64,000 bases of DNA from an uncultured Nitrospiraceae bacterium (GTDB lineage: Bacteria; Nitrospirota; Nitrospiria; Nitrospirales; Nitrospiraceae): contig CAWJWJ010000002.1 of the NCBI GenBank assembly GCA_963846575.1, forward strand, positions 512,001-576,000, written 5' to 3'. Within the stretch, counting starts at the first letter, position 1, and each line of letters begins with the position of its first letter. Positions 52,532 to 64,000 of this stretch are shown piece by piece. A program made the position numbers and the translations under genes. A model generated the notes under the pieces. That model did no database searches, was not told the DNA's origin, and worked only from the letters and a program-made list of their open reading frames with translations.

Positions 52532-54613
52532 GTGGCTAGGCAAACACCGTTAGAGCGTACTCGGAACATCGGCATCATGGCTCACATCGATGCCGGAAAA
52601 ACTACGACCACGGAGCGAATTCTCTATTACACGGGAATGACGCACAAGATGGGCGAGGTCCACGAGGGTGCGGCGACGATGGATTGGATGGAGCAGGAGC
52701 GGGAGCGTGGTATTACCATCACGGCGGCCGCTACTACGTGTTTCTGGCGAGATCACCGTATCAACATCATTGATACGCCTGGTCACGTGGATTTTACCAT
52801 TGAAGTCGAGCGGTCCCTTCGTGTCCTGGACGGTGCGGTTGCGGCGTTTGACTCCGTGCAGGGTGTTGAGCCTCAGTCGGAGACTGTTTGGCGTCAGGCG
52901 GATAAGTATGAAGTGCCTCGAATCGCGTTTATGAATAAGATGGATCGGGTGGGGGCTGACTTTTACGCCAGTGTTCAATCGATTATCGATCGCCTGGGCG
53001 CGAATCCTGTGCCGATCCAGATTCCTATCGGGCGGGAAAGTGAGTTTCGAGGGTCTGTCGATTTGATCACGATGAAGGGCTTCTTTTACGACGACGAGAC
53101 GCTTGGCGCAAAATACAAGATCGGTGATATTCCTGAAAATATGTTGGAGCAGGCAAGGGAATATCGCGAGAAAATGCTCGATGCTGTGGCTGAGTTCGAC
53201 GATCAGGTTATGGAGAAGTACGTCAATGGTCAGCCTTTGACGGAGGATGAGGTGCGCCGTGTTGTGCGGGCCGGCACAATTGCCATGAAAGTCGTTCCGG
53301 TGTTGTGCGGATCTGCCTTTAAAAACAAGGGCGTGCAGCAACTTCTGGACGGCGTTGTTGATTTTCTTCCTTCTCCTATTGATATCCCCCCGGTTATGGG
53401 TGTTGATCCCAATACCGGAAAGGAGTCGCAGCGTAGCCCGTCAGACTCCGACCCATTTTCGGCTCTGGCATTTAAGATCATGACCGACCCATTTGCCGGG
53501 CAGTTGACGTTTTTTAGGGTCTACTCCGGAACGTTGAAGACCGGAACGCCAGTTCTCAATGTAACGAAGGGTACCAAGGATCGAGTCGGGCGACTCTTGA
53601 AGATGCACGCAAACAAGCGTGAGGAGATCGACATTGTCTATGCGGGAGATATTGCTGCGGCCGTAGGCCTCAAGGGCGCGACCACCGGCGACACATTGGC
53701 CGACGAGAAGCAGCCGGTTCTGCTGGAGATTATGAAGTTCCCCGAGCCTGTTATTGCGATGGCGATTGAGCCGAAAACGAAGCCTGACCAGGAAAAGATG
53801 GGATTTGCGCTGCAAAAGTTGGCTCAGGAAGATCCTTCGTTCCGAGTTCGGACGGATGAGGAAACGGCTCAGACTATTATTGCCGGTATGGGCGAGCTGC
53901 ACCTGGAAATTATTGTGGACCGTCTGCTGCGGGAATTTAAAGTCGAGGCCAATGTCGGTAAGCCTGAAGTCGCGTTTCGCGAGACCATTCGCCGTAAGGC
54001 GGAGGCTGAGTCGAAATATATCAAGCAGACTGGCGGCCGTGGGCAGTATGGGCATGTCGTGATGACGGTAGAGCCGTCAGAGTCTGGCAAGGGGCTGGAG
54101 TTTATAAACAAAACGGTCGGTGGCTCCATTCCGAAGGAATATATCCCTGCGATTGAAAAGGGTGTGAAGGAGCGAATGGAGACCGGAGTGGTGGCTGGAT
54201 TTCCGTTGCGCGATGTCAAGGTGACGGTGATTGACGGTTCCTATCATGACGTCGACTCCAACGAAATGGCCTTTAAGATCGCCGCCTCCATGGGATTTGC
54301 CGACGCATGCAAAAAGGCTGATCCGGTACTGCTTGAGCCCATCATGAAAGTTGAGGTCCTGGTGCCGCAGGAATTCATGGGGGATGTCATTGGTAATTTG
54401 AATGGTCGTCGCGGAAAAGTGCAGGGGATGAAGGTGCGCGCTGGGGCCCAAGCAATTGAGGCAACTGTCCCGCTTATGGAAATGTTCGGCTACGCCACGG
54501 ATTTGCGATCGCGAACCCAGGGGCGTGCTACCTATAGTATGGAGTTCGATCGTTACGATCAGGTGCCTAGGCAAATCGCCGAGGCCATTACTGCCAAGCA
54601 TCGTGGCGAGTAG
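52532..54613 (+). CDS. fusA: Elongation factor G
   Basis: [19 protein letters not shown]. Confidence 0.99.
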   Translation: MARQTPLERTRNIGIMAHIDAGKTTTTERILYYTGMTHKMGEVHEGAATMDWMEQERERGITITAAATTCFWRDHRINIIDTPGHVDFTIEVERSLRVLDGAVAAFDSVQGVEPQSETVWRQADKYEVPRIAFMNKMDRVGADFYASVQSIIDRLGANPVPIQIPIGRESEFRGSVDLITMKGFFYDDETLGAKYKIGDIPENMLEQAREYREKMLDAVAEFDDQVMEKYVNGQPLTEDEVRRVVRAGTIAMKVVPVLCGSAFKNKGVQQLLDGVVDFLPSPIDIPPVMGVDPNTGKESQRSPSDSDPFSALAFKIMTDPFAGQLTFFRVYSGTLKTGTPVLNVTKGTKDRVGRLLKMHANKREEIDIVYAGDIAAAVGLKGATTGDTLADEKQPVLLEIMKFPEPVIAMAIEPKTKPDQEKMGFALQKLAQEDPSFRVRTDEETAQTIIAGMGELHLEIIVDRLLREFKVEANVGKPEVAFRETIRRKAEAESKYIKQTGGRGQYGHVVMTVEPSESGKGLEFINKTVGGSIPKEYIPAIEKGVKERMETGVVAGFPLRDVKVTVIDGSYHDVDSNEMAFKIAASMGFADACKKADPVLLEPIMKVEVLVPQEFMGDVIGNLNGRRGKVQGMKVRAGAQAIEATVPLMEMFGYATDLRSRTQGRATYSMEFDRYDQVPRQIAEAITAKHRGE

Positions 54614-54647
54614 ATTTTTCGGTTCAGTGAACTAGGGAGGATTGGGG

Positions 54648-55853
54648 ATGGCGAAGGCGAAATTTGAGCGACGAAAGCCCCACGTGAACATCGGGACGAT
54701 CGGGCACGTGGACCATGGAAAGACGACGCTGACGAGTGCCCTGACCAAGATCTGCTCGGAGCGGGGCATGGCGAAGTTCATCAGCTACGACGAAGTGGCG
54801 AAGGCGAGCGAGAGTCAGGGGCGGCGGGATGCCAGCAAGATCATGACCATCGCGATCAGCCATGTGGAATATGAGACCGACAACCGGCACTACGCGCACG
54901 TCGATTGCCCGGGCCACGCCGACTATGTGAAGAACATGATCACGGGCGCCGCGCAGATGGACGGAGCGATTTTGGTGGTGAGTGCGGCGGATGGGCCGAT
55001 GCCGCAAACGCGAGAGCACATTTTGTTGGCGCGCCAAGTCGGCGTCCCCTACATTGTCGTGTTTCTCAACAAGGCGGACAAGGTCGACGACAAGGAATTG
55101 CTGGAGTTGGTCGAGTTGGAAGTGCGGGAGCTGCTGACCAAGTATGAATTTCCGGGCGACAAGATTCCCATCATTCAGGGCTCGGCCTTGAAGGCGATCG
55201 AGGGGGATCAGGGGCCGTTGGGTGTGCCGTCCATTCTGAAGTTGTTGGAGGCGGTGGACACCTATATTCCGACCCCGACGCGGGCGATTGACAAGCCGTT
55301 CTTGATGCCGATTGAAGATGTGTTCACGATCAGCGGGCGCGGGACGGTGGTGACGGGGCGCTGTGAGAAGGGCATCGTGAAGGTGGGCGACGAGATCGAG
55401 ATCGTGGGGTTGAAGCCGACGCAGACGACCATCGTGACCGGGGTGGAAATGTTCCGCAAGGTGCTCGATGAGGGGCAGGCGGGGGATAACATCGGGGTGT
55501 TGCTGCGCGGGACGAAGAAGGAAGATGTGGAGCGCGGGATGGTGTTGGCGAAGCCCAAGAGCATTACGCCGCACACGAAGTTCAAGGCGGAGATTTATGT
55601 GTTGACGAAGGAAGAGGGCGGGCGGCATACGCCGTTTTTTAACGGGTACCGGCCGCAGTTCTACTTCCGGACGACGGACGTGACGGGCATCGTGACGCTG
55701 ACGCCGGGGGTGGAGATGGTGATGCCCGGAGACAATGTGACGGTGACGGGCGAGTTGATCAGCCCCATCGCCATGGATCAGGGGCTCCGGTTTGCGGTGC
55801 GCGAGGGTGGTAAAACCGTCGGCTCGGGCGTCGTCACTGAAATTCTAGCGTAG
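54648..55853 (+). CDS. tuf: Elongation factor Tu (copy 2)
   Basis: Same protein as 38331-39536. Confidence 0.99.
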   Translation: MAKAKFERRKPHVNIGTIGHVDHGKTTLTSALTKICSERGMAKFISYDEVAKASESQGRRDASKIMTIAISHVEYETDNRHYAHVDCPGHADYVKNMITGAAQMDGAILVVSAADGPMPQTREHILLARQVGVPYIVVFLNKADKVDDKELLELVELEVRELLTKYEFPGDKIPIIQGSALKAIEGDQGPLGVPSILKLLEAVDTYIPTPTRAIDKPFLMPIEDVFTISGRGTVVTGRCEKGIVKVGDEIEIVGLKPTQTTIVTGVEMFRKVLDEGQAGDNIGVLLRGTKKEDVERGMVLAKPKSITPHTKFKAEIYVLTKEEGGRHTPFFNGYRPQFYFRTTDVTGIVTLTPGVEMVMPGDNVTVTGELISPIAMDQGLRFAVREGGKTVGSGVVTEILA

Positions 55854-55893
55854 CGATGTCGCGGTCAATAGACCGGTATGTGAGGAGTTGAGC

Positions 55894-56205
55894 GTGAAAG
55901 TCGATCAAAGAATTCGTATCAGGTTGCGCGGGTTTGATTATCGCGTGCTTGATCAATCGGTGGTGGAAATTGTTGAGACTGTGCGGCGCAGTGGGGCGCG
56001 AGTTGTGGGCCCGATTCCATTGCCGACAAGAATCGAGAAGTTTACGGTGCAACGGTCGACTCATGTAGACAAGAAGTCGCGCGAGCAATTTGAGATCCGC
56101 ACGCACAAACGGTTGCTCGATATCATGGAGCCGACTCCAGAAACGATGGATTCATTGATGAAGTTGAATCTGGCTGCCGGTGTAGATGTGGAGATCAAGC
56201 TCTGA
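55894..56205 (+). CDS. rpsJ: 30S protein S10
   Basis: GPIPLPT; GTG start after GAGGAG. Confidence 0.97.
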   Translation: MKVDQRIRIRLRGFDYRVLDQSVVEIVETVRRSGARVVGPIPLPTRIEKFTVQRSTHVDKKSREQFEIRTHKRLLDIMEPTPETMDSLMKLNLAAGVDVEIKL

Positions 56206-56247
56206 CGGTTGGCTTGGCCAACCGTATCCTGAGCTGACAGGAAGACG

Positions 56248-56868
56248 ATGACAAACGGATTGTTGGGAAAAAAATTGGGAATGACCCAGATGTACGACGA
56301 GAGCGTCCTGGAGCCGGTCACGGTGATTGAGGCTGGTCCCTGTCGGGTCGTTGCCATTAAGACGAAAGAGCGGGATGGATATGAAGCGGTTCAGCTGTCC
56401 TTTGGTGAAGTTAAGGATCGTAAGCTTTCCCGCGGTGAGCTTGGCCACCTGAAGAAGCAGCAGTCTCCAGCCAGTCGATGGCTCAGGGAATTCCCGAAAG
56501 TCGGGGATGGCGCTATTGGAGAAACGATCAAGGTCGATATCTTCAAAAAGGGCGACTGGGTTGACGTGGTTGGGGTGTCCAAGGGTAAGGGCTTCCAGGG
56601 CGTCATGAAGCGTCATAACTACTCTGGCGGACCGGAGTCCCACGGCTCCATGTTCCATCGGGCGCCTGGCTCCATCGGCGCCAGTTCGTATCCTTCGCGG
56701 GTGTGGAAGAATAAGGCCTTGCCTGGTCACATGGGGGACGAGCGGGTGACCGTGCAGCGTTTGAAAGTCATCGATGCTCGTCCTGAGGAAAACCTGTTGT
56801 TTGTCCGCGGAGCAGTGCCTGGTGGTCAGAATGGCCTGCTAATCGTGCGGAAGTCGAAGAAGAGCTGA
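56248..56868 (+). CDS. rplC: 50S protein L3
   Basis: GKKLGMTQ, KGKGFQG. Confidence 0.98.
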   Translation: MTNGLLGKKLGMTQMYDESVLEPVTVIEAGPCRVVAIKTKERDGYEAVQLSFGEVKDRKLSRGELGHLKKQQSPASRWLREFPKVGDGAIGETIKVDIFKKGDWVDVVGVSKGKGFQGVMKRHNYSGGPESHGSMFHRAPGSIGASSYPSRVWKNKALPGHMGDERVTVQRLKVIDARPEENLLFVRGAVPGGQNGLLIVRKSKKS

Positions 56869-56870
56869 TT

Positions 56871-57494
56871 ATGCCGACAGTTGACGTGATTGATTCCAAA
56901 AAGAAGAAAATCGGTACGGTCGATTTGCCTAATGACGTATTCGGCTGTGAGCCTCACGAGAGCCTCGTCCATGAGGTGGTCGTAATGCAGCGTGCCTGTG
57001 ACCGTCAGGGTACCGCGTCGACCTTGCGTCGAGGTGAAGTGAGTGGATCCGGGAAAAAACCCTGGAAGCAAAAGCATACGGGTCGGGCGCGTTCTGGCTC
57101 TATCCGCTCGCCTGTATGGCGGCATGGAGGGACCGTGTTCGGTCCTAAGCCCAGGAGTTACGCATTCGGAATGCCGAGGAAGAAGTATCGGGCGGCACTC
57201 CAGAGCGCCCTCTCCGCAAAGGTGCTTGAGGGGAATGTCCTGGTGGTATCAGATTTGGCAATCGAGCAGGCGAAGACTAAATTGCTGGCGAAGGCTTTGA
57301 CGCAACTGGGAATCTCAGGGAGTGCGATTCTCGTGATTGGCGATGAAAGTTCTAATGTTGCTCAAGCGGCAAAGAATCTTTCGGAAGTTATGGTATTGCG
57401 GCCGGAAGAGTTGAACGTATACGACATTGTCCGTTGCCAATCTATCATTATCCCTCAGCGTGAGCTGGACCGTGTCCGGGAGGTGTGGTCATGA
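56871..57494 (+). CDS. rplD: 50S protein L4
   Basis: KPWKQKHTGRAR. Confidence 0.98.
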   Translation: MPTVDVIDSKKKKIGTVDLPNDVFGCEPHESLVHEVVVMQRACDRQGTASTLRRGEVSGSGKKPWKQKHTGRARSGSIRSPVWRHGGTVFGPKPRSYAFGMPRKKYRAALQSALSAKVLEGNVLVVSDLAIEQAKTKLLAKALTQLGISGSAILVIGDESSNVAQAAKNLSEVMVLRPEELNVYDIVRCQSIIIPQRELDRVREVWS

Positions 57495-57784
57495 AGGGCG
57501 ACCTCCATCAGGTCCTCATCCAGCCGTTATTGACTGAAAAGCTTACGGCGCTGCGTGAGCAGACCAACACTGTCGGCTTCCTTGTTCATCCGGATGCCAA
57601 CAAGATCCAGATCAAGCAGGCGGTAGAGACCCTTCTGAAAGTAAAGGTTTCGCGCGTCAATGTCGTGAATATCCGTGGAAAGATGAAGCGGTTGGGGCGA
57701 TTTGTCGGTAAGCGTTCAGATTGGAAGAAGGCGTTCGTCACCCTGAAAGAAGGCGAGAAGCTGGAGCTGTACGAAGGCGTGTAG
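57491..57784 (+). CDS. rplW: 50S protein L23
   Basis: WKKAFVTL. Confidence 0.97.
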   Translation: MKGDLHQVLIQPLLTEKLTALREQTNTVGFLVHPDANKIQIKQAVETLLKVKVSRVNVVNIRGKMKRLGRFVGKRSDWKKAFVTLKEGEKLELYEGV

Positions 57785-57817
57785 CGTGCGGTCATCTCGA
57801 TAGAGTGAGAATCTCCT

Positions 57818-58645
57818 ATGGCACTAAAGGTATATAAGCCGACCTCTCCAGGGCGGCGTGGCATGACTGCGATACAGGGCGAGTTGCTCACCAAGAAGAA
57901 GCCTGAAAAGGCGTTGACGGGGTTTCATCTCCGTACGGGCGGCCGAAACAATGATGGTCGTCAAACGATACGTTTTCGCGGGGGTGGCCATAAGCGTCTG
58001 TATCGACAGATTGATTTCCGTCGAGACAAAGTCGATGTGCCAGCTAAAGTTGCGGCGATAGAATATGATCCTAATCGTTCATCGCGAATCGCCTTGCTGC
58101 ACTATAAGGATGGGGAGAAGCGTTATATCCTGGCTCCAGTTGGCCTTTCTATCGGCGATGAGATTCAGGCTGGCGCTGGTGCTGAGGTTCGGCCGGGCAA
58201 TGCGCTTCCATTGCTTAACATTCCTCTCGGAACCACTATCCACAATATTGAATTGAAGCCCGGCAAGGGCGGTCAGCTCATTCGCAGTGCAGGTGGGTCT
58301 GCCCAGGTCATGGGCCGCGACGGGGCATATGTCCAGATTCGTCTCAAGTCTGGTGAAATGCGGAAAGTGTTGTCGACCTGCATGGCCACCGTGGGGCAGG
58401 TTGGTAACGTCGACCATGAGAATGTTGTTGTGGGGAAGGCCGGGCGCACGCGATGGAAGGGCAAGCGTCCTCATGTTCGTGGTGTGGTTATGAATCCGGT
58501 CGATCACCCGCACGGTGGCGGTGAAGGTAAGTCCGGGCAGGGTAACCCGCATCCAGTTTCTCCTTGGGGTACTCCGGCTAAGGGATATAAAACCCGCAAG
58601 AACAAAGCGACCGACAAGTTCATCATCGCGCGCAGAAAGAAGTAG
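57818..58645 (+). CDS. rplB: 50S protein L2
   Basis: [13 protein letters not shown]. Confidence 0.99.
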   Translation: MALKVYKPTSPGRRGMTAIQGELLTKKKPEKALTGFHLRTGGRNNDGRQTIRFRGGGHKRLYRQIDFRRDKVDVPAKVAAIEYDPNRSSRIALLHYKDGEKRYILAPVGLSIGDEIQAGAGAEVRPGNALPLLNIPLGTTIHNIELKPGKGGQLIRSAGGSAQVMGRDGAYVQIRLKSGEMRKVLSTCMATVGQVGNVDHENVVVGKAGRTRWKGKRPHVRGVVMNPVDHPHGGGEGKSGQGNPHPVSPWGTPAKGYKTRKNKATDKFIIARRKK

Positions 58646-58655
58646 GAGAGGACCT

Positions 58656-58943
58656 ATGCCTCGTTCAGTTACGAAGGGCCCGTTTGTCGACGATCATCTG
58701 ATGAAAAAAGTAGAGCAGATGAATCAGACGAAAGACCGGAAACTTATTAAGACCTGGTCGAGGCGATCGACTGTGGTTCCGGATATGATCGGGCATACCT
58801 TTGCGGTGCACAATGGGAAAAAATTCATTCCCGTGTTTGTCACGGAAAATATGGTCGGCCATAAGCTTGGAGAATTTGCTCCAACGCGCTTCTTCAAGGG
58901 GCATGGGCAGGCAAAGACTGAAAAGGCAGTGGCGCTAAAGTAA
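58656..58943 (+). CDS. rpsS: 30S protein S19
   Basis: [11 protein letters not shown]. Confidence 0.98.
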   Translation: MPRSVTKGPFVDDHLMKKVEQMNQTKDRKLIKTWSRRSTVVPDMIGHTFAVHNGKKFIPVFVTENMVGHKLGEFAPTRFFKGHGQAKTEKAVALK

Positions 58944-58986
58944 TCGCTGGCTTGTTGAGGGCCGGCAGGTTTGGGTGGGGTCAGCT

Positions 58987-59328
58987 ATGGCAGAAGCAAA
59001 AGCAAAGTTACGGTTTGTACGTGTGACGCCTCGAAAGGCTCGCGTCGTAATTGACATGATTCGCGGTCAGCAGGTTCCGAAGGCACTTGCGATGCTTAGG
59101 CATACTCCGAAGCATGCCGCTCGGGTGATCGAAAAACTTCTGAGATCCGCAGTGGCGAATGCGGAGCAAAAGGAGTTGGGCGATACCGATGAAATGTGGG
59201 TCTCCGAAGCGGTTGTGAATTGTGGGCCAATCTATAAGCGGTTTCGCGCAAGATCAATGGGTCGGGCGAACTCAATTCAGAAACGCACGAGTCATATTAC
59301 GATTGCGGTTGCCGCTCCTGGGGCGTGA
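58987..59328 (+). CDS. rplV: 50S protein L22
   Basis: SAVANAE, KRTSHIT. Confidence 0.98.
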   Translation: MAEAKAKLRFVRVTPRKARVVIDMIRGQQVPKALAMLRHTPKHAARVIEKLLRSAVANAEQKELGDTDEMWVSEAVVNCGPIYKRFRARSMGRANSIQKRTSHITIAVAAPGA

Positions 59329-59372
59329 CCGGATAGTTAGCGGTATTACACTTAGACTGAGGTTGATTTTCA

Positions 59373-60041
59373 ATGGGTCAGAAGACACATCCAATTGGTT
59401 ACCGCATCGGCTATAACTACACTTGGAGCTCCCGGTGGTACGCAGATAAGGACTATGCCAGGCTGCTCCATCAGGACATCAAAATTCGCAAGATGGTCAA
59501 GGCCAAGCTATATCATGCTGGAGTGGCCAAGGTGGAGATCGAGCGATCCGGCGATCAAACAAGAGTCATTATTCACACCGCTCGACCTGGTATCATCATC
59601 GGTCGTAAGGGTGCCGAAGTCGACAAGCTCAAGGCTGCGCTAGAGAAGGAATATTCCGGGCAGGCTTATATCACTGTGAAGGAAATAAAGAAGCCTGAAT
59701 TGGATGCGCAGTTGGTCAGTGAAAATGTTGCGACTCAGTTGGAGAAGCGGGTGGCTTTTCGCCGCGCGATGAAACGCAGCGTGCAGTCGGCGCTCCGTTT
59801 GGGCGCGCAAGGGATCAAGATCATGGTTGCTGGACGTTTGGGTGGCGCGGAAATCGCCAGGACCGAATGGTATCGCGAGGGACGAGTGCCGCTTCACACG
59901 CTCCGAGCCGAGGTGGATTACGGTTTTGCTGAGGCGCACACCACAATGGGCCAAATTGGAGTGAAGACGTGGATCTATAAGGGTGAGCTGCTGCCTGCCC
60001 TCCAGTTAAAACCTGACTCGGCGTTGGGCCGACTTGGATAG
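59373..60041 (+). CDS. rpsC: 30S protein S3
   Basis: [19 protein letters not shown]. Confidence 0.99.
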   Translation: MGQKTHPIGYRIGYNYTWSSRWYADKDYARLLHQDIKIRKMVKAKLYHAGVAKVEIERSGDQTRVIIHTARPGIIIGRKGAEVDKLKAALEKEYSGQAYITVKEIKKPELDAQLVSENVATQLEKRVAFRRAMKRSVQSALRLGAQGIKIMVAGRLGGAEIARTEWYREGRVPLHTLRAEVDYGFAEAHTTMGQIGVKTWIYKGELLPALQLKPDSALGRLG

Positions 60042-60069
60042 AGAACCTCGATAAGGAAAAGGTGGGTTT

Positions 60070-60492
60070 GTGTTAGCGCCAAAGAAAGTTAAGTTCAGAA
60101 AAATGCAGAAGGGTCGGATGCGTGGGAAGGCCTACCGTGGCGGCGCAATTACGCTCGGAGAGTTCGGCCTGAAGGCACTTGAGCCTGGCTGGGTCACCAG
60201 CCGTCAAATTGAGGCTGCCCGTATCGCTATCACGCGTTTCGTCAAGCGCGGTGGGCAAGTGTGGACGAGAATATTTCCTGATAAACCCATCACTAAGAAG
60301 CCTGCTGAGACACGCATGGGTAAAGGTAAGGGGAACCCGGAGTATTGGGTGGCCGTCGTTAAGCCTGGGCGAATCATGTATGAAATGGGTGGAGTGGCTC
60401 CAGATGTAGCGAAACAAGCCTTGAAACTGGCTGCCTACAAGCTCCCCATTGCGACAAAGTTTGTGGTGCGTGGCGAATTCAGTAACCTGTAG
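60070..60492 (+). CDS. rplP: 50S protein L16
   Basis: RMGKGKG. Confidence 0.98.
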   Translation: MLAPKKVKFRKMQKGRMRGKAYRGGAITLGEFGLKALEPGWVTSRQIEAARIAITRFVKRGGQVWTRIFPDKPITKKPAETRMGKGKGNPEYWVAVVKPGRIMYEMGGVAPDVAKQALKLAAYKLPIATKFVVRGEFSNL

Positions 60493-60513
60493 CACGTGTT
60501 GAGTGGTGATGTG

Positions 60514-60735
60514 ATGGATGTGAAAGACCTGAGTGGGCTTACGATCATCGAATTGTCCGACAAGGAAAAGCAATTGCGGCAGGAGCTGTTCAATTTTCGT
60601 TTTCAGCTTGGTACCGGGCGACTGGAGAATCCCATGCAAGTTCGCGGCACCAAGCGCGACATCGCTCGGGTCAAGACTGTGAGGCGTCAATTGGAATTGT
60701 TGCAGACACAACCCGCCAACACCGGTGGGAAGTAA
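60514..60735 (+). CDS. rpmC: 50S protein L29
   Basis: [17 protein letters not shown]. Confidence 0.96.
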   Translation: MDVKDLSGLTIIELSDKEKQLRQELFNFRFQLGTGRLENPMQVRGTKRDIARVKTVRRQLELLQTQPANTGGK

Positions 60736-60749
60736 GAGAGAAGAGGCGT

Positions 60750-61019
60750 ATGAAGGAAGGTCAACAGCACCGGCGCGAGTGGTACGGTAACGTCGTCAGC
60801 AACAAGATGAATAAGACGGTGGTTGTCGCTGTCGAACGATCGGTCATTCACCCGGTCTACAAAAAAGTTCTCCGGCGAGTGACGACACTTAAGGCCCACG
60901 ACGAGGGGAACGTGTGTAAGGTGGGAGACCGGGTTCAGTTGACTGAAACCCGTCCTATCAGTAAAGACAAGCATTGGCGCGTGGTGCGCGTCATGGTCAA
61001 GGGGCAGCCTGAAAAGTAA
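60750..61019 (+). CDS. rpsQ: 30S protein S17
   Basis: [11 protein letters not shown]. Confidence 0.97.
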   Translation: MKEGQQHRREWYGNVVSNKMNKTVVVAVERSVIHPVYKKVLRRVTTLKAHDEGNVCKVGDRVQLTETRPISKDKHWRVVRVMVKGQPEK

Positions 61020-61083
61020 CTCCGGATTACACTTGAAAAGCCAAGGGACTCTTCCTGTTTGGCATGGTGAGTAGGGCAGGGGC

Positions 61084-61452
61084 ATGATTCAGAATTACAC
61101 ATACATGGATGTAGCCGATAATTCCGGCGCGAAGCAGGTCATGTGTTTCCATGTGCTTGGTGGAACACGGCGACGATATGGATCTCTTGGCGACATCGTC
61201 GTTGTCGCAGTGAAGGAAGCCATTCCTCAGGCTGGTGTGAAGAAGGGCGACGTGAGCCGCGCGGTGATTGTGCGTACGACGAAGGAAGTCCGGAGAGATG
61301 ACGGCTCCTACATCAAGTTTGATCGTAACGCCTGTGTGTTGATCAATGCTCAGGGCGAGCCAGTCGGCACTCGTATTTTTGGACCCGTCGCACGCGAGCT
61401 GCGTTGGAAAAAGTTCATGAAGATCATCTCGCTTGCGCCGGAAGTCTTGTAG
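61084..61452 (+). CDS. rplN: 50S protein L14
   Basis: [15 protein letters not shown]. Confidence 0.99.
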   Translation: MIQNYTYMDVADNSGAKQVMCFHVLGGTRRRYGSLGDIVVVAVKEAIPQAGVKKGDVSRAVIVRTTKEVRRDDGSYIKFDRNACVLINAQGEPVGTRIFGPVARELRWKKFMKIISLAPEVL

Positions 61453-61478
61453 GTGGAGAAAGAAAGGCTCTAGTAGGG

Positions 61479-61805
61479 ATGGCACGAATAAAAACGAAAA
61501 TTCGCAAGGGCGATACCGTTGTAGTGGTCACCGGTCGGGAGCGTGGCAAGTCCGGTAAGGTCTTGTCGGTTGACACAGTGAACGCCAAGATCGTCGTGGA
61601 AAAGCTCAATATGCTCAAACGCCATACGAAACCGAATCAAAAGCTTCGGCAGGGCGGCATTCTTGAGCGAGAGGCACCGCTGGCCATCTCAAATGTCATG
61701 TTTTTATGTCCAGTAACAAAGAAGCCTACTCGGTTGGGTATCAGACGCAAAGACGATGGCGGACGCGCCAGACTGAGTAAGAAGTCAAAAGAAATCGTTG
61801 AATAG
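61479..61805 (+). CDS. rplX: 50S protein L24
   Basis: [12 protein letters not shown]. Confidence 0.97.
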   Translation: MARIKTKIRKGDTVVVVTGRERGKSGKVLSVDTVNAKIVVEKLNMLKRHTKPNQKLRQGGILEREAPLAISNVMFLCPVTKKPTRLGIRRKDDGGRARLSKKSKEIVE

Positions 61806-61825
61806 TCGGAACAGGAAACACGTTC

Positions 61826-62479
61826 ATGGCAAAAGTAGAGAAGGGTAAGGGCGGCAAAGGGGCTAGTCCTCGGTCGTCAGCAAAAAAAGAAGCCGCCGCG
61901 CCTGAGGTGTCCCAGGATTCCGGGACTGAGCATCAGTTCGCACCGCGACTTCGGGAAACGTATCGCGATCAAGTTGTGCCGGCTCTCATGAAAGAGTTCG
62001 GATACGGCAACCTGATGCAGGTGCCGAGGTTGGAGCGCATCGTCCTTAATGTGGGCATGGGCGAGGCCATTCAGAATGTCAAATTGCTGGAGAGTGCCTC
62101 TACGGAATTAGGCATTATCACCGGACAAAAGCCGATTACCACCAGGGCCAAGAAAGCGATCGCAGGTTTCAAGTTACGCCAAGGTATGCCGATTGGGGCG
62201 AAGGTGACCTTGCGGAGTCGACGGATGTGGGAGTTTCTCGATCGTCTGATCTCGCTCGCGCTTCCCCGGATTCGTGATTTTCGTGGTGTGTCACCAAAAG
62301 CCTTCGATGGTCGCGGCAATTATACGCTGGGATTGAAAGAGCAATTGATCTTCCCTGAAATCGAATATGACACTGTGGCTTCCATTCACGGAATGGATAT
62401 CACTATCGTCACCACCGCCAGGACGAATGATGAAGGTAAGGCCCTTCTCAAACATTTGGGCATGCCTTTCCGGGCCTAA
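61826..62479 (+). CDS. rplE: 50S protein L5 with N-terminal extension
   Basis: LPRIRDFRG; about 38 extra N-terminal residues. Confidence 0.97.
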   Translation: MAKVEKGKGGKGASPRSSAKKEAAAPEVSQDSGTEHQFAPRLRETYRDQVVPALMKEFGYGNLMQVPRLERIVLNVGMGEAIQNVKLLESASTELGIITGQKPITTRAKKAIAGFKLRQGMPIGAKVTLRSRRMWEFLDRLISLALPRIRDFRGVSPKAFDGRGNYTLGLKEQLIFPEIEYDTVASIHGMDITIVTTARTNDEGKALLKHLGMPFRA

Positions 62480-62522
62480 TGAGAGCTCATAGTTTATGCC
62501 ATGATTTAGTGAGGGGGATTGC

Positions 62523-62708
62523 GTGTCAAGATTAGCGCTTAGAAACAAAGCTGCCGCCAAGCCCAAGTTTGCCACTCGCGAGTACCATCGCTGTGCACTG
62601 TGTGGTCGTGTTCGTGGTTTCTTGCGTCGCTTTCGAATGTGCCGAATCTGCTTCCGATTCCTCAGCCTAAAGGGTGAAATTCCAGGAGTCAGGAAGTCAA
62701 GTTGGTAA
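62523..62708 (+). CDS. rpsN: 30S protein S14, type Z (Zn-binding)
   Basis: CALCGR..CRIC, 61 aa. Confidence 0.97.
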   Translation: MSRLALRNKAAAKPKFATREYHRCALCGRVRGFLRRFRMCRICFRFLSLKGEIPGVRKSSW

Positions 62709-62754
62709 AGGTCGAGGTGGCAGGCTTGCCTGTGCAGGCACAGAAGAGGATTGC

Positions 62755-63150
62755 ATGATTACTGATCCAATTGCTGATTTGTTGGTGAGATTGGGGAACG
62801 CTGCCAGTCGCCGTCAGGATGTTGTAAAAGTGCCGGTGTCCAAGGTCAAACGCCAGATTCTTAACATTCTTGGAAAAGAAGGATTCATCCAGGGGTTTGG
62901 CGAGATGGAGGTGGACGGGCATCCTTTTTTCTCGGTCCAGCTTCGTTATGTTGAGGAATCCAGGCCGATGATCACGGGTATGCGCCGGATCAGCAAGCCT
63001 GGGCGCCGAGTGTACGTAGGCAGAGATGATGTGCCGAAGGTTCGAAACGGCATTGGTGTGGCCGTGATTTCCACCTCGAAAGGTCTCATGACCGACAGTG
63101 AATCCAGGCGCTCTGGTTTAGGTGGTGAGGTGCTTTGTTCCGTCTGGTAG
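62755..63150 (+). CDS. rpsH: 30S protein S8
   Basis: DPIADLL, ISTSKG. Confidence 0.98.
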   Translation: MITDPIADLLVRLGNAASRRQDVVKVPVSKVKRQILNILGKEGFIQGFGEMEVDGHPFFSVQLRYVEESRPMITGMRRISKPGRRVYVGRDDVPKVRNGIGVAVISTSKGLMTDSESRRSGLGGEVLCSVW

Positions 63151-63207
63151 GATCGTCGGCTAAAGACGCAGTACTAATTAGAATCGCAGCAACGTAACGG
63201 GGTTCGC

Positions 63208-63744
63208 ATGTCGCGGATAGGACGAAAACCAATTCCAGTTCCAACGGGAGTCGACATTAAAGTCGCCGGTCAGCTTGTATCGGTCAAGGGGCCAATGGGT
63301 AAGCTTGATTGGAAACTAACTGAGGGCGTAAGCGTGGGGATGGCTGATGGGCAGCTTGTGGTAACCCGAGCCGGCGATGCTCGGCAGCTCAGGGCCATGC
63401 ACGGGTTAGTGCGTGCTGAACTCAGCAATATGATTCAGGGTGTGACCAAGGGCTATGAGAAAGCTATGGAAATAACTGGGGTTGGTTATAAAGCCCAACT
63501 TCAGGGAAGAGAAATGAGCTTTAACGTCGGCTATATCAATCCTGTGAACTACACGGTTCCTCAGGGCATCGATGTGAAGGTCGACAAGCAGACGCTGATT
63601 TCAATCCGTGGTGTGGACAAACGACTCGTAGGTCAAGTTGCGGCGAACATTCGCTCGATCAAGCCCCCTGACGTCTATAAGCAAAAAGGAATTCGATACG
63701 CCGGTGAAGTCTTGCGGAAGAAGGCAGGCAAGACCGGGAAGTAG
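63208..63744 (+). CDS. rplF: 50S protein L6
   Basis: MSRIGRKPI, PDVYKQKGI. Confidence 0.98.
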   Translation: MSRIGRKPIPVPTGVDIKVAGQLVSVKGPMGKLDWKLTEGVSVGMADGQLVVTRAGDARQLRAMHGLVRAELSNMIQGVTKGYEKAMEITGVGYKAQLQGREMSFNVGYINPVNYTVPQGIDVKVDKQTLISIRGVDKRLVGQVAANIRSIKPPDVYKQKGIRYAGEVLRKKAGKTGK

Positions 63745-63753
63745 AGGCCTCTC

Positions 63754-64000
63754 ATGAATACTCAAGAAAAAAATCAGAAACTGGAACGTCGTAAACGACG
63801 CGTGCGTAAATCGGTGATCGGCACGGATGACCGACCAAGATTGAACGTGTTTCGCAGCCGGTCCCACATTTATGCGCAAATTATTGACGACCTTCGTGGG
63901 CATACCGTTGCCGCGGCGTCCACCCTGGATGAGGCCTTGCGGAAATCCGTCAAGTCTTCCGGCAGCATCGAGGGGGCTAAGGCGGTTGGGAAACTGATTG
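63754..64000 (+). CDS. rplR: 50S protein L18 (partial; runs off right edge)
   Basis: [20 protein letters not shown]. Confidence 0.96.
   Translation, partial: MNTQEKNQKLERRKRRVRKSVIGTDDRPRLNVFRSRSHIYAQIIDDLRGHTVAAASTLDEALRKSVKSSGSIEGAKAVGKLI

Noticed and set aside
38070..63903. Long antisense ORFs over tuf, rpoBC, fusA and ribosomal genes
   Set aside because: Shadow frames typical of GC-rich, codon-biased genes.

Overview
Bacterial chromosome segment, most likely Nitrospira/Nitrospirota (inferred from protein style and gene context, not searched). It has three zones. (1) 1-15.1 kb: an integration hotspot downstream of a minus-strand tRNA-Arg(CCT) at 15046-15122. At least four integrative elements are stacked in tandem, separated by 45-bp copies of the tRNA 3' half with 0, 2 and 5 mismatches, increasing with distance. 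The youngest element keeps an RHH, nick-site hairpin, Rep_trans (frameshifted), excisionase and tyrosine integrase module. Cargo: KaiC-like ATPase, CPA1 antiporter, YqcI/YcgG (GntA/DcsA-like) + DUF1989 pair, and a 4xPAS hybrid kinase. Element A also holds att-like ends apparently derived from two other tRNAs. (2) 15.9-37.6 kb: housekeeping and envelope genes (oxidoreductase, two MFS, Gld-like ABC system, RlpA, HEAT proteins, glgP, UvrD/PcrA). (3) 37.8-64 kb: tRNA-Tyr/Gly/Thr, tuf, rpmG, tRNA-Trp, secE, nusG, rplKA, rplJ/L, rpoBC, and the str, S10 and spc clusters. Most striking core features: rplJ and rplL form one stop-free reading frame with an internal RBS, and EF-Tu has a remodelled switch I.
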